Source: Octopus vulgaris (taxonomy: Eukaryota). Taken from it: DNA of 64,000 nt. Positions 1 to 15,170 of this stretch are shown here, piece after piece. The stretch is from contig OX597815.1 in assembly GCA_951406725.2 (NCBI GenBank), forward strand, positions 103,478,001 to 103,542,000, read 5' to 3'. Numbering within the stretch: position 1 is the first letter of the stretch; every line of letters starts with the position of its first letter. The notes beneath the pieces are model-generated. The model did not search any database and was not told the origin of the DNA. It worked only from the letters and a program-made list of their open reading frames with translations. Made by a program: the position numbers and the translations under genes.

Positions 1-39
1 TTTCTAAAATATATGGTTCTTGATATATATATATTAGTA

Positions 40-175
40 CGTTATATAACTCCTATTCTTCTGCACCCGTTACTCTTATTGTTCGTGCATGACAACATTT
101 TGCCAATTGGATGTAGATTCCATTAGAATTTCAGCCCTGCTGACAACATTTATTCTCTCAAATTAAATGAAATTA
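40..175 (-). pseudogene. Start of SF1 helicase domain remnant (decayed Q-motif and Walker A)
   Basis: SFNLRE/INVVSRAEILMESTSNWQNVVMH../TGAEE aligns with the UPF1-like xFNxxQ...GPPGTGK pattern, with frameshifts. Confidence 0.4.
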
Positions 176-1149
176 TTTCATGTTATCATCACATTAAAAT
201 CAAATTATGTGCGCTTACATATTTCTAAACATGCTGTCCTTTAAGGAATTACAATATTAATAAGGTTCCTGAAATATTTCTTTCGAATTTTATCGAATAC
301 ATTAAAACATCCTGGCATATAAATAAGCAGCAAATTAAATGCCCTGGATGTTATTTTATTCTGAATTTGACTTTGAATCTTGTTTCCTTTAAGGTTGTAC
401 ACAGCGGGGAAACAAATATTTCGTTCGTTGTAGTTTACATCATTACTCCTTTATTTGAAAGGTTATTATATATCGTATTAATTAAAAGATCTTTGCTGTG
501 ATTTATTGGATATACATTGGGATCTAGAATATTTGGAAGAAGGAGCGAAATGTATTAAATATATTTTCTTCAATTAATTAAATTCTACATATGTAATATG
601 TAGAGTAATAATCTTACTCTACTTTGTGGCAAACGAAAAAATTATTATGTATCACATCATAAATACTATAGAGTAGAATGGTATTTAAGATTATTCATAT
701 CTAGCATATTATCCAAATCCGACCATGATATTTTCAGATCCTATGATTCACGTAAAAACATATCCATGGTAATCATTTTCTTGGTGTTATGATACATAGA
801 TACCTCAATGTAGAATTAACAAATCCCCAGCCATTAGTTGTGTTCCAGTATACGGTAGTTTTGCAAATGTAGTTGTTTAATGCTTGTATTGAAATACTTC
901 TGACTAAATGAAAATATCAACACTTTTGAAATAACAGATAAGTAAAATACTCCAATAAAGCTTACTTGTCATATTCCAAATACACGTGAATCCTGATTCA
1001 TTGGACGTGGATATCAAACTTGAAAACCAATCATGTGTGTTGTGCCAATCAGATCAGAAATGATAAGTAAGGATGAATACAATTTGCCTTGGTCAGACAA
1101 TTAATTCTTGAAAGAAGACATTCTCATAAATTATGCCAAGATTTGCAAG

Positions 1150-1630
1150 GAAAACTGCGAGTCACTTATTTCTATAGGATATTCTGTAAAGAAAGGTCAT
1201 TTCCGAAATAGATTTCAGATTTTATCAAATTGGTGAGATCGATGCAGTAGACTTGCGGCATAAACAACTGTAGGCTGGTGTCTACAGAGCAAAGAAAATG
1301 TGGGCTGGAATGAATATCAGAATCTTGAGAGTTAAGGTAGTGGAGTGGGGAGACATTTGGCAATATCAGTTGTGAAAAACTGCTTGAGATGACATGCCTG
1401 AGAGGAAAGCGTAACCAGATGTTACATTTGAGGCGCAGAGTGTTTTTGATGGAATTGAAAGTGCAAGCATCGCGTATATGAGCCACGTAAGCAGATAACC
1501 AGGGGTGTTCCTTGCCATAGTATTGAAATATATCATGAAAATACCGTATAGACTCAAAGAGCAGTAAACCTCGTAACAAACACTGCTGTATACAAGTAGT
1601 GTTAGTTTATGGTTGGGGGGATGAGAATTG
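1150..1630 (-). mobile_element. Degenerate CR1/L2-type LINE, 3' ORF2 remnant
   Basis: Broken translation (SLSLYGIF..YF, SLQLFMPQVYCIDL) resembles the LSLFYRYF...NLQLFKSRVN C-terminus of these LINEs. Confidence 0.45.
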
Positions 1631-1957
1631 TGCTGTAATAAACTTTATTATTGTTTGTTTTTAATAAATGGAGCAGTTATGCATTTATTTATTTTAACAT
1701 GTTCGTTATTTGTTATTTAGCTTTATCTATCTACTGTCTTATTAGAATATTTTGCATTATTCTACAAACAGATCCAAAGTATGAGCGTTACGACAAGTAT
1801 ATTTTCAATATATCTAATGTATATCGTATGTGTATAATTAGAAACCAATTCTTATTATTTGTGTGTGAAAGAGACCTGTAAAGCTGATCAAAAGTGTATT
1901 ACACCAAATTAGAAATTTATTTCGATAATATACGAAAGAAATACTAAACTAAAAACA

Positions 1958-2624
1958 TTCATCATCATTGTTCGACCGTGGTCGAGACAATGGAATTTAC
2001 CATGCTACGCCAGACTTCACGGTCCATCATAACATTACGGAGGTCCTGTTGCTGGATGCCTGTATCCCTGGAGATTACATCAGAGTAGGAGAGTGTGCGC
2101 CCTCCGATATCGCGAGTAGATGGCTTCCAGAGGAGAAGAGTACAAATTGCCTCGTTTTCAGCTCTATAACAATGTCCAGCAAACTGGACTCTCTTACCTT
2201 TCACAAGAGATGACACAGGTGGTAGTTTCCCATATATTTGCATTTTGGTTGAATGAAACTTCCAAGAGAGATTTTGAGCTCTCATACGGAGGCGAGTGTA
2301 GGCCAAGACTGAATATGTAAACAAGCGCCTGTCCAACAGTGATTGCATCATCTATACTCTCAACAATACGCCCTTAAATATGGTTTCCGATTACAAATAT
2401 CTTGGGTCATACATATCATCATCTGGAAAAGATTTTCTAACTAGAAAGGGTATGGCCTGGTCAGCCTGTAATGATATGCATAAGATCTGGTCATCAAATC
2501 TAAGTAGAGACTTCAAACTTAAAATCTTCAAAGCCACAGTCGAACCAATTCTACTATATGACTCAGAAACATGGACGTTATCAAAGAAGCTTGTGAGGCG
2601 GTTGGATGGAACCTACACTCGCCT
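1958..2624 (-). mobile_element. RTE-clade LINE, 5'-truncated, with inverted 5' segment (3' part 1958-2302 on minus; inverted part 2303-2624 on plus)
   Basis: Plus strand reads KTEYVNK..YKYLGSYI..KATVEPILLYDSETWTL..RLDGTYTRL. Minus strand continues YTRLRMRAQNLSW..FAGHCYR..LLLWKP..MMDREVWR*, then a (TGA)n tail. Direct repeat aactaaaaaca at 1947-1957 and 2636-2646. Confidence 0.9.
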
Positions 2625-3291
2625 AAAAAAAAGATAACTAAAAACACTTCATATCAAGAACATATTGCAAGCCTGAAAATATGGGAGCATGCAACAAGTA
2701 ACATTAGTTATTTACAAATTTGATGACAAGTATCGCAATTGCAAACTTACAACTGTAGCCGTTGGTTTAGTCAGACAATTACAACGTATTCTCGCCGTTT
2801 CACTGTACGTAAGCAATAATAAAGAATATTTACCCATGTCAATACACAGTGTAAAAAGAAAACTTGATTTACAAAATATCCTTAACAACATTTTCATCGA
2901 GTAGTCTGGAAGATAGTGTTCTCAATAAAATATAGCCTAAAGTAACAAAGCGCTTATAAAATTATGTAAGGACTCATGTGAAAATAATCAAATGTATATT
3001 GAGCCAATATTTGCCGCCTAAGGCCGTAAAAGGGACAGTTCTCAAACAAAAATAAAAATAAAATACTCATTGAAGGGTGAATGAAAACTGGAATCAATCG
3101 TAGAACACGTCAATTCGGTGAGACATTAGCAACATACAGATCCAAATTGCTCAACGTAACATAACATGGGCATCATACACGCCGTTATCATCAACTTCTT
3201 CCAGAAGTATCAGAGAATCTCTGTGATATATATATGTCTGTGTGTGTATGAGGGATGTGTGTGTATATCTATCTATCTATATATCTATGTA

Positions 3292-3340
<49 letters not shown>

Positions 3341-3471
3341 GATGTATGCATATATCTATGAATATGTGTATATAGGTACACATATATATGTGTGTATAAA
3401 TGCATATATATGTATATATATTTCTAGATCTGTATATATTTATTTATTATATATATATATATGTATGTGTT

Positions 3472-3519
<48 letters not shown>

Positions 3520-6036
3520 TATGTGTATGTGTGCGTGTGTGCGTGTGTGTGCTTTGTGTATGCATCTATGTAAGTATGTATTCCAACGTCAATATCAGCG
3601 GCTATGTGATTCATGTGTAAACTATTTTGAAATTTGTTCCGTTCAAAATAAGTGGAGTATAATTAATAAGTGTTTCATGAAATCTTATACTGATGCGGAA
3701 CATTGTACACAGCATCTGCGCAATTATAATTATCATTAATACCTCTATTTCTTTATTGAACCATGTCTTATACTCTCTTTTTTACACAACTCGTTCACTA
3801 GAATGTGTGAACTCAATAAAAAGAATGGAAATCAATCATCAATTGCACTGACTTTTGGAAATCAATTTTGTACTAATTGGAACCCTACTTTAAACACACC
3901 GAAACCATTTTTCTACACAAAAGGCCTGACTATAAATGAAATTTCTTCTTATTTTTCTACATATATTCATATGACGTCTCTTAAACTGAATTTCCTTTTG
4001 CCAAACACAAAGTAATTCAGAATGTTTTATACCCTTTTGTATCTGAAATAAAAACACGTCAGCAATTTTTATTCCCTATGGAGACCTTCCAAAATAAAAT
4101 TTAAAAAAAAAACACTGAGTATATTCTTTTATTACGCGTTACAACTGATATTTAGAGAATAACAACGCTTTGCACACTTGACTAGTATTAATCATCACAG
4201 TATTTCACACGGAGAGTGATGTCCAACAATTTTGACTTGGATATTACACATTCTCACTGTTTGTTTTATTCGACCTTTGGCCTTCATAACGTAGCCATTT
4301 TGGCAATCGTTAATATCAACGTCATCACACAGCATATCCAATCTAATTTAGTCTCACCTCCGATTGGTGAAATCTACAAGAGCCGCCCATTCTATTCATT
4401 TAAGAATAATCAAAACTATCTCTGCAAGTCGCTGCATGGTTACTGGAATATTTTAAGAAACGATGTTAGAAGAGATCATAAACCAAACAACATAATACAC
4501 ACGTATCCTTTGGATTGGTTGTCTGTATGGGTTGTCTTTGTCTTTGGATTGGTTGTCTATGTGTGTGTGTATGCGTGTGTATGTGTGTGTGAGGGGAAGA
4601 GACAGAGAGAGATTATACATATATGCATATTGAAACAAATAGATATATAAACAACGCAACTTAGAAAGTACGCCACACGCACAAATGCACAAAGGCATAC
4701 AGGCGGATACATACTCAACTTAATAAATATGAATATATCCAAGCGTGTTTGGATAAATGGATTAGGTGGTCGATATGCAAATGAAAACAGTGAAACGCAC
4801 ACTGAAACACATTTGCACACACGCACATACATACACACAATTACATTACTATATACACACATCCATTAATACACAAATATATACATATATACGAATATAT
4901 GCGTATTTAGATATACAAAAATAAATCGCTGACGTATATAACTATGAAAGAAGATTTGTGAGTTCAGTAATGTTTGTGGCTATAGTTCAGCTTAGCCATC
5001 AGATATTATCGATTCATCACTATATTGTTGGATTTATAAAAAGCACAATTGACGTACAAGTATACGCATCCAGCTTTCAACCTCACATTCTAACATCCAT
5101 TGGCACACACACACATACACATACACGCACACGCACACGTACACTCATATGTATCTATGTATATGCTTGTATGCATATATGTGTGTATGTGTGTTGGTTT
5201 GTATGTATATATATGAACATGTGTGACTTAATATCAAGTTTCTTTCTGGACTGGACACCTAAGATATCACGTTCAATCTATTAGGGTTCTTAGTTCTACT
5301 TTGTTTATTTTGGTGAAACTTTCTATACGCTTGAGACCGGATAATCTGGTTATCTTCACAAAGGAATGAGCGAACACATATCCACTCGGATCATTTCGAT
5401 AAGCGAAAGAGACAACAACTATGATACTGGAATGTTATTGTGTTGGTTCACTACAACAATTTATTGGTTGCTACTGTAACAACAATAATTCTCTAAAATT
5501 TCAAGTCCCACGGGAGGACTTAAATGATTAAGGTTTGGTATTGCAACTTGAGTTTAAGCATCATTAAATTACAATGGTGTTCTGCACACACAGACACACA
5601 CACACACACACACATATTAGAGATGTAGAATTCCTTCTCAAAGAATCACTTATATATGTATATGTATATGTCTGTGAACATATACATGTATGTGTGTGTT
5701 TGTGCTTCGTGTGCGCGCGCGTGCGTGTGTGAGTGTTACAATGGAATCTACGTAGCACATGGTCTGCTACAGGCATTTTTTATTCTTGATGGAGACATCT
5801 ATTCTAAAGTCCTATCATAGACAATTTCTTCTACTGTAAGATAGAGAAAAGGAAAATGGTAGAAGGGGAGCAAGAATGAAATAACGGAATAACAAAACTG
5901 ACCAATTTAAGGGATGTAGTTCCGTTAATGATCCAGAAAAGTATCTAATAATATTAACTTCATTGTACTTTGCTTTTAAAGTATACAACCGTCACATATA
6001 CGGTAAAACATCCTCTACGATACTCTGCCAAACATC

Positions 6037-6103
<67 letters not shown>

Positions 6104-6145
6104 GTCTGTCTGTCTATCTATCTATCAACCTATCTCTCATAGTTT

Positions 6146-6209
<64 letters not shown>

Positions 6210-6273
6210 GTATATATATATATACTTTCATTCATATGTGTGTGTGTGTAAAATAAACATGTATATGTATAAG

Positions 6274-6310
<37 letters not shown>

Positions 6311-6316
<6 letters not shown>

Positions 6317-6496
6317 ATAGAAGTGCTTCTACAGGACTAGAACTGTTTCATTCAAAAGAAATCATCAGGAAATGATTTCTTTTGAATGAAACAGTTCTAG
6401 TCCTGTAGAAGCTCCTTCTATAAAATAAATTAATTTACTCTGCTATGTATTGAGTACCTTATTTACTGTGGTTAACCCCGACTCAACCCGGCACCT

Positions 6497-6500
<4 letters not shown>
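6311..6500 (+). mobile_element. Short Penelope-type pLTR fragment with inverted 5' duplication, inserted in (TA)n/(CA)n
   Basis: Perfect 41-bp inverted repeat (6325-6365 / 6372-6412) extended by a further 13 bp; the arms carry a hammerhead core. Confidence 0.7.
6326..6372 (-). ncRNA. Type I hammerhead ribozyme motif (variant)
   Basis: uuuc-CUGAUGA-uuucuuuugaau-GAAA-cag uucuaguc cug-UA-gaag. Stem III ACAG/CUGU, GUA cleavage triplet, stem I uuuc/gaag. The stem II closing pair is U-U (non-canonical). Confidence 0.6.
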
Positions 6501-6555
<55 letters not shown>

Positions 6556-7049
6556 CACACATACATACATATATATATATATATATATGCTTTTTAGATA
6601 TACAATGGGAGACAGTTACATCAATCGAACTATATATTTATATCTGGCCATTTTATATGCACACTAACCAGATGTGTAAAAGCCATAACCCGAAAAATGT
6701 TCTAGTTCTCACCGGCAATGTGAGACCTTGCTCCGTTTTGAAAGTAAAACATTTGAATACCTAAAATGAAAATTTATACCGCGAGCGTTATATATTACAT
6801 GTGTTTTGTGTGTGTGCGCGCGAGTGTGTGTGTGTGTGTGTGTGTGTGTATGAAAGAATGATGTTAAACTTGACTTTTGTCGGTTTCGAATCATATCCAT
6901 TTAAAAATTACCTTTGATACCACAAACGTGCATGAGACCAAAGTTTTTCTCAATTTTTTTGTCTTTTTATCTATTTGGTTGTATTGTTATACGTTGTCAA
7001 AGTTAGATTTAACTGTTTACTCTTGTAAAGGACATTTCTTTAACTTTGA

Positions 7050-8297
7050 CATGAAGACATTCATCTATCATTTTTTTTCTTTTTGCTCTTTCTTACCTCT
7101 ACTGCCTTGCCTTCTAGAATCACTTACCATAACATTGTTTGATGTTCGCTAGGAACTTCTCCCACAAGAAATATATCAACTACGAATCGTTCCTGAGAAA
7201 TTTGCTAATTCAGAAACACTACTAAGTGTTGAAAAGTTTACAGAAAATAGATTATCTTTTCTCGCATTCGTTTTTCCCTTTGTGAAAATTTGTTCGAACA
7301 ATTCTATGTGTATTCTGATGAATGTTGCAATACAGAAGCAATTGTGTTTAAATACCTTCCTGTATACTGGTTGTACGATAAATTCTGTCATGGCTGGTAT
7401 TACTGTTTCTTTTATTGTAGATTTGAATGTAACTGGATTGTCCACAAACGCTAAACAAACTCATATGTTATACCTTTTCGAATATCCGAATTACTGTTGA
7501 ATGAATCTAGCTATTCATTGTTAGGGAAAATCACCTGAATCCACTTTATTTACAAGGCGAGTTTTCGTCAAATTGCTGGTAATCCGATATGAAATTTGCA
7601 AATATTTTAATATCGGAGATAGAGGATTACACACTGATAATTTCAGTAATACATATATTTGGCGTTTCGAACAGTAAAATATTTACTTTATTGCTCCCAA
7701 TTAGAAAGATTCTTCTTCGTTTCAAAGAGACCGGAAAGGTTTGCAATTTGTGGTCAGTTACGTTAATGTGATTTTTCTTGTTTCTTTTAAAACATCGCTT
7801 TTTATGTTCTCTTCCCTTGGAGTTTTGGCCATCATTATTTGTTTGATGGTGTTACGCTTCGTGCGGTATAGCTTCTAAAACTAGTAGTATCGTTGAGGCT
7901 TCCATATTTCGCCTTCATAAATTCAATGCTATTTCTAAGGCGGGTAACAGTTTTCGAATTCTACTGCTATTTGTATGAAAATCTTTCTACATTCCCAAAA
8001 CTTTCTGCCTTCTTTTAAAGATTTTACTTGGGCTTACTATTTTTCTTCCCTTTCTTGATGCCAAATGTTTTTCTTTAATGAATGCTGTCTTCATGATATC
8101 TTTTTCTATGTTGTTTGTTAAAGATTCACTGTCGTCAAATTGTGTTTGCTGCTCAGTTATGACAAAATAATTTTCGGTTTGGAATACGTCTATAGGGTTC
8201 CTTCTAATCCCGATTGGTTTACTCTTAAAGTAAATTTGCTTCTTTTTGCAAATCGGTGCTATTACTTTTTTATCAGGGCTCATGTATTAAAATGCAA

Positions 8298-8342
<45 letters not shown>

Positions 8343-9763
8343 TATTTTAGGCTTTTTTTCTTCTGTTGTTGCCTCCATTTCATGAGTATTCCCTGAGACT
8401 GTACTGGTTTCAAAGCTCTAACTTTGTTTTTCCCTACCGATATTATTTCGGTAAAGGCTTTGCAATTATTAATTCCTTCATTTCTCTCCTTATGGAACAG
8501 CCTACGTTTAGTATCTGAAGATGTTGGTGCATTGACTTGAACAATTTTGAGACCATATTTTCAGGAGACGTTTAAACCAAATTTTGTCCGAACACTTTTT
8601 GATTTCATTTTTCTTTATGATGTAACAGATCCAGTGATCTTTTGTTTTAGTTGTGGCTGTCCAAGTTATAAAACTTTACTCTGGATTATATTTTACATTT
8701 CGAAAACATTTTTGAGGTATTCTGGTGACATGCGTAAATCCCGAGTGCATATCGTATTTCATCTTACCTTTTTTTTTATCATTTTTTAATTGTAATTATG
8801 GTTTTGGAGTCTGGATGCTTTATTTTATATGGCTGCGGTTTTCATGACTAGCAACCCTTGTAGCTTGTACTATATCCTTGGTACTCAGGGAAACTTCGTT
8901 TAGTTCCGGTTCTCTGAAAGAAGCAATCGTCGACGTTATTTATTTAGGTGTGGTTCCGGGAGTTTCAGCTTACAGCATCATCCTAAATTATTGCATGTTA
9001 GCACGTATCATCTTTAGTCCATACGCTCAACTAAAATATCATACAGCTGCTGCCCAATATGAAGAACATTATAACTCGTAAAAATTACCAATAGATCATT
9101 CCCAGTTGTAATTGCCGAGACCCTAAAGCTTACCTACTTTACCAGGCGTGTACGATAAACTCCGTCGCATACGAGACTGAAGTTACAGCTACGCTTCGAG
9201 ATAAATCAATTGAAAAGAAGAGTTACATTGTGTCATTTGAGGGCGATTTTAAGAGACGTTATGAAAACCGCCTACCTACTTTCCAGCACGTCGATAAAAG
9301 TGATGCAACTGAGTTGGCTAGCTACGTATGGAATTCGAGGAGTAACCTCACACCACATAAATTTAAGTGGAGAATAGCGGAGAAATACAAGCCATATGTT
9401 AATGGATCTAAGAAATACAACTTCTGCGTAGTAGAAAGATCTCGTATTCATCTTAGATCCAGCAATTCCAGCACACTGCTTCATTCCAGGTCTGAAAATT
9501 TTAGCAGCAGTAAATATGGATAGGCTTCTTTTATCGAATTGAAGGACACCACTCGCTCCGGATTGGGTTGATCCGTCGCAGACTTTAACACATTTCATGT
9601 TATTTTGTTCTATACTAGTTGTATTTAATGAGATTTCTGCAATCAGGATGGACGAGTATCTTAGTACTCTTGATTTCGTTTCTGTTTCCTCGCTCCATAT
9701 TTTGCATCAACCTCCTTCACGTTTTTTCCACGGGTTTTCCTATTTTCTCGCAATTCAGCGTCC
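7050..9763 (-). pseudogene. Large Lys/Ser-rich decayed exon (SETX central disordered region equivalent), interrupted by a Penelope fragment and a (GA)n tract
   Basis: Acceptor aaaatcag at 9764-9771. Strong A-skew on the minus strand and broken K-rich reading frames (ORFs 7987-8283 and 7176-7445). Lies between the N-terminal and helicase motifs. Confidence 0.5.
8960..9560 (+). mobile_element. Penelope-like element, C-terminal thumb/linker and GIY-YIG endonuclease remnant
   Basis: KISYSCCPNMKNII, SCNCRDP, VAYETEVT..KSYIVSFEGDFKRRYEN..ATELASYVW..KWRI..PYVNGSKK..LLHSRSE, with frameshifts. Confidence 0.85.
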
Positions 9764-10065
9764 CTGATTTTAAAATACATATAACTCATAAACGGAGAAC
9801 AAAGATTGCTTCAAGATCCATGGCATATTTTATGAATATAAGTGCTCAAGTCTCATAAAAGCAGGAAGCTATTAGTAGCTTTTGTGGAGAGCTACAAATA
9901 GTTTCCTACTTTAATAATAAATAAGATAATAGTATTCTATCAGTAACGATCGTCTCAATAATTAGTTGGATTTCGACATCAATCAACATGATGGGTTATA
10001 CATAAAAATCATATAAATTCGTACAATATAAAATAAAAATTGTACTAATTATTTCTTCGGACTAA

Positions 10066-10121
<56 letters not shown>

Positions 10122-10194
10122 TATAAATAAAAAGCAAAATCAGTCAGATTTATTATATATCAGTACAAATGCAATCTCCCGTACAAATGCGATC

Positions 10195-12520
<2,326 letters not shown>

Positions 12521-12605
12521 ATAATGATTCATTTATTTATTATCATTTATCAATTTATAAATAATCGTATAAACAACAAAATACATACATGAATAGACAA
12601 ATCAA

Positions 12606-12663
<58 letters not shown>

Positions 12664-12719
12664 GACGGGTTTCTTTCAGTTTCCGTCTACCAAATCCACT
12701 GACACAAGACGCACATTTT

Positions 12720-13360
12720 GTACAAACAATACCAACCACACATCTTACCACACCACTCCCAGCGCAAAGCACTAAATCATACATAATTCCCAAATAAGTT
12801 GTTATTCCCAGCACAAAAGATTATGTCTGATGTGCGACTGTCCCTTGACTCATCTTCCAGGGACTGAAGAACCTGAAAAATCATGACACCAAACTACCAT
12901 CAAATCTGCAGTAGAAACAACCCTTACGGTAGCAGTGTTGGTCCAGACTTTCATCGAAACTCAGAAATCACCCAGATATCTACTGGGTACAGTAGTATTA
13001 TCAAAAGCTGCAAACAATATAACTACAATAAATTCAACAGTGCAAACATACGAACTGCAGACAATAACCCCTCCTGAAACAAGAAAATTCATTTTTAGTT
13101 ATGATGAATCTGGCAATAGAAATAAAAAAAATTTCAAATTAAAACCCAACCACTGCTATTATCCCAGTGCACAACCACATCATTGCTGTCATTAACCAAC
13201 AAACTCAACTCAATGATAAGGTAGAGTGTACGAGGCCTTTCAAACTTCACAAATAAAACCAAAGCATCATATCTTAGAGAGGCTTTGCACAGCGAGAGAC
13301 CTTGTACAGTGACATATAAATGGCATAGTATTATGAATACTAGATTCAGATATAATATTC
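12720..13360 (+). mobile_element. Degenerate LINE fragment (CR1/L2-like)
   Basis: 13155-13350 is a diverged reverse complement of 14645-14880, with weak RT N-terminal motif remnants. Confidence 0.45.
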
Positions 13361-13989
13361 ACTGTGGATGTTGGGCTTTGCTTTCTTTGTTATTTGAATA
13401 AATAAAGGCACGTTCCTTACTACTACTCCTGTTTAATTTATTATTGTTAATGACTACTATATTATAAGCTAGATTTGATGTGGTTGATTACACAAAATTA
13501 ATTGTTCGTCTATTAAAGATTTTACTATATTTATTATAGTGGAAGATTATTCCTTCAATGCCATAAAGAACATTGAACAACATGAAACTTCATGAATTCT
13601 GAAATGAATGTTTCACCACGTAATATTTATCTTACGTAACTTATTTCCACCTGTTTTATTGCTATTGAGTGTTGCCTGGCTAATCTTCAATAAGACATAA
13701 AGAGAATTATTTAATTAGAAATCAGGAACGTATAGGCAGCTTGTATATTTACTTATGAAATGTCAGTTTCCTAATTAATTGTTAGATATTTCAAGAAGCA
13801 TCTCTCTCTCTCTGTCTGTCTCTCTCTCTCTCGCTCCAATAAAACTGAATCGATATTAAAGAAACGGTCATTAAATATATACAGCTGAAGTGCAAATTTA
13901 TTTGTTTAATAGATAGTCAACAAGAAAGCGCTATAACTATATTTGTAGATCCTGTCTAATAACATTCGTGTGGTCAATGTTTAGTTGCC

Positions 13990-15170
13990 TGTTGGTAGAC
14001 CAATATCGGCATCTAAAATTTGAAAGGAAAGGAAATTTTGTGGCATAAATCTTTGGTGTTTAGCTATTATATATAGTGGTTAGTGTGAGCTTTACTAAGT
14101 TTCAGATACGGCTTGGACAAAGAATTACGAGGAGTAACGAGTATAGGGTGAAAGTTTGGGAGCAGCTTTACACAGCTAGTTACTTGTAAGACCGTTGCTG
14201 TTATGGTAAGATAAACATTGTGTCATCACAGTGCATTTGGAACTTGGGAATCGAAGTGCATGACTGCTCTTGAATGTCGTTAACGATGCAAGTGTATAGT
14301 AAGATGTGAGATTGATAAATCGCATGTAATCCATCTTTTTTCATATTTTATTTTAGAGATTTGGTGCAGAAATTGGATATGCATGTTTCAAGGGATCAGT
14401 AAAGATCCATGTAGAGAGGGAAGCATTAAATTGTTTAGAGAGAACTTTGGGTGGTCTTAGATTGTGGCCTTCGATTTGTGAGAGATGGAACATACCTTAA
14501 ATGATTATTTTGGTTACTTGCCTAGCTCTTCCAGATGTACCAGAGACGAGTTTGATACTCTTTGGTGACATCAAGAGGCAGCAGATGAATTTAAATGAAG
14601 AGTTTAGTGTTTGAGTAACAGCGTCTGGAATTTCTCATTACTGATATTCAGAATCTAGTATTCGCAATACTATGCTATTTATATCTCATCGTAGAAGGTC
14701 TCTCGCTATGCAAGGTCTCTCGCTATGCAAGTTCTCTCGCTGTTCAAGGCCTCTCTAAGATATGATTCTTTTGTTTTATTTGTGAAGTCTGAAAAGCCTC
14801 GTACATTCGGTATTATCATTGAGTTGAGTTTGTTGGTTAATGTCAGCAATGATGTGGTTGTGCACTGGGATAATAAGTTGGAACGCTGTATGCAGTCAGT
14901 GCCGTAGAGGAGGGTTGTATTTAGAACAAGATATATTGTGAGCTGGAGAAAAGCAGAATGTATGATTTCTGACAGTAAAATGTAATAAGCAGGGCACAGA
15001 ATTCAGTAATATTTTCCATATAAAATATAAATTGCCTCAACACTTTGTGTCATATTCCTTAACTTTGGAATTGTTGAAAGGTGTTGAACTGGACGTGGTG
15101 TGGGTTGTATTGTGGGGAGGTTTCAAAGAGATATCGCAACTCCAGTGGCGTCGATGTTTTTCTTAAATAT
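13990..15170 (-). mobile_element. Degenerate LINE fragment, same family as 12720-13360, opposite orientation
   Basis: Shared blocks, e.g. ttatcattgagttgagtttgttggttaatg and cagcaatgatgtggttgtgcactgggataata. Confidence 0.45.

Larger units (their letters stand above)
3225..6590. repeat. Dense (TA)n/(CA)n/(TATC)n microsatellite field
   Basis: Directly visible, e.g. (TATC)n at 6038-6125 and (TA)n at 6149-6225. Confidence 0.9.

Noticed and set aside
14696-14756. 17-bp tandem repeat (aaggtctctcgctatgc, about 3.5 copies) as a CRISPR-like array
   Set aside because: No spacers; local slippage within a LINE remnant (single copy in the paralogue at about 13290).
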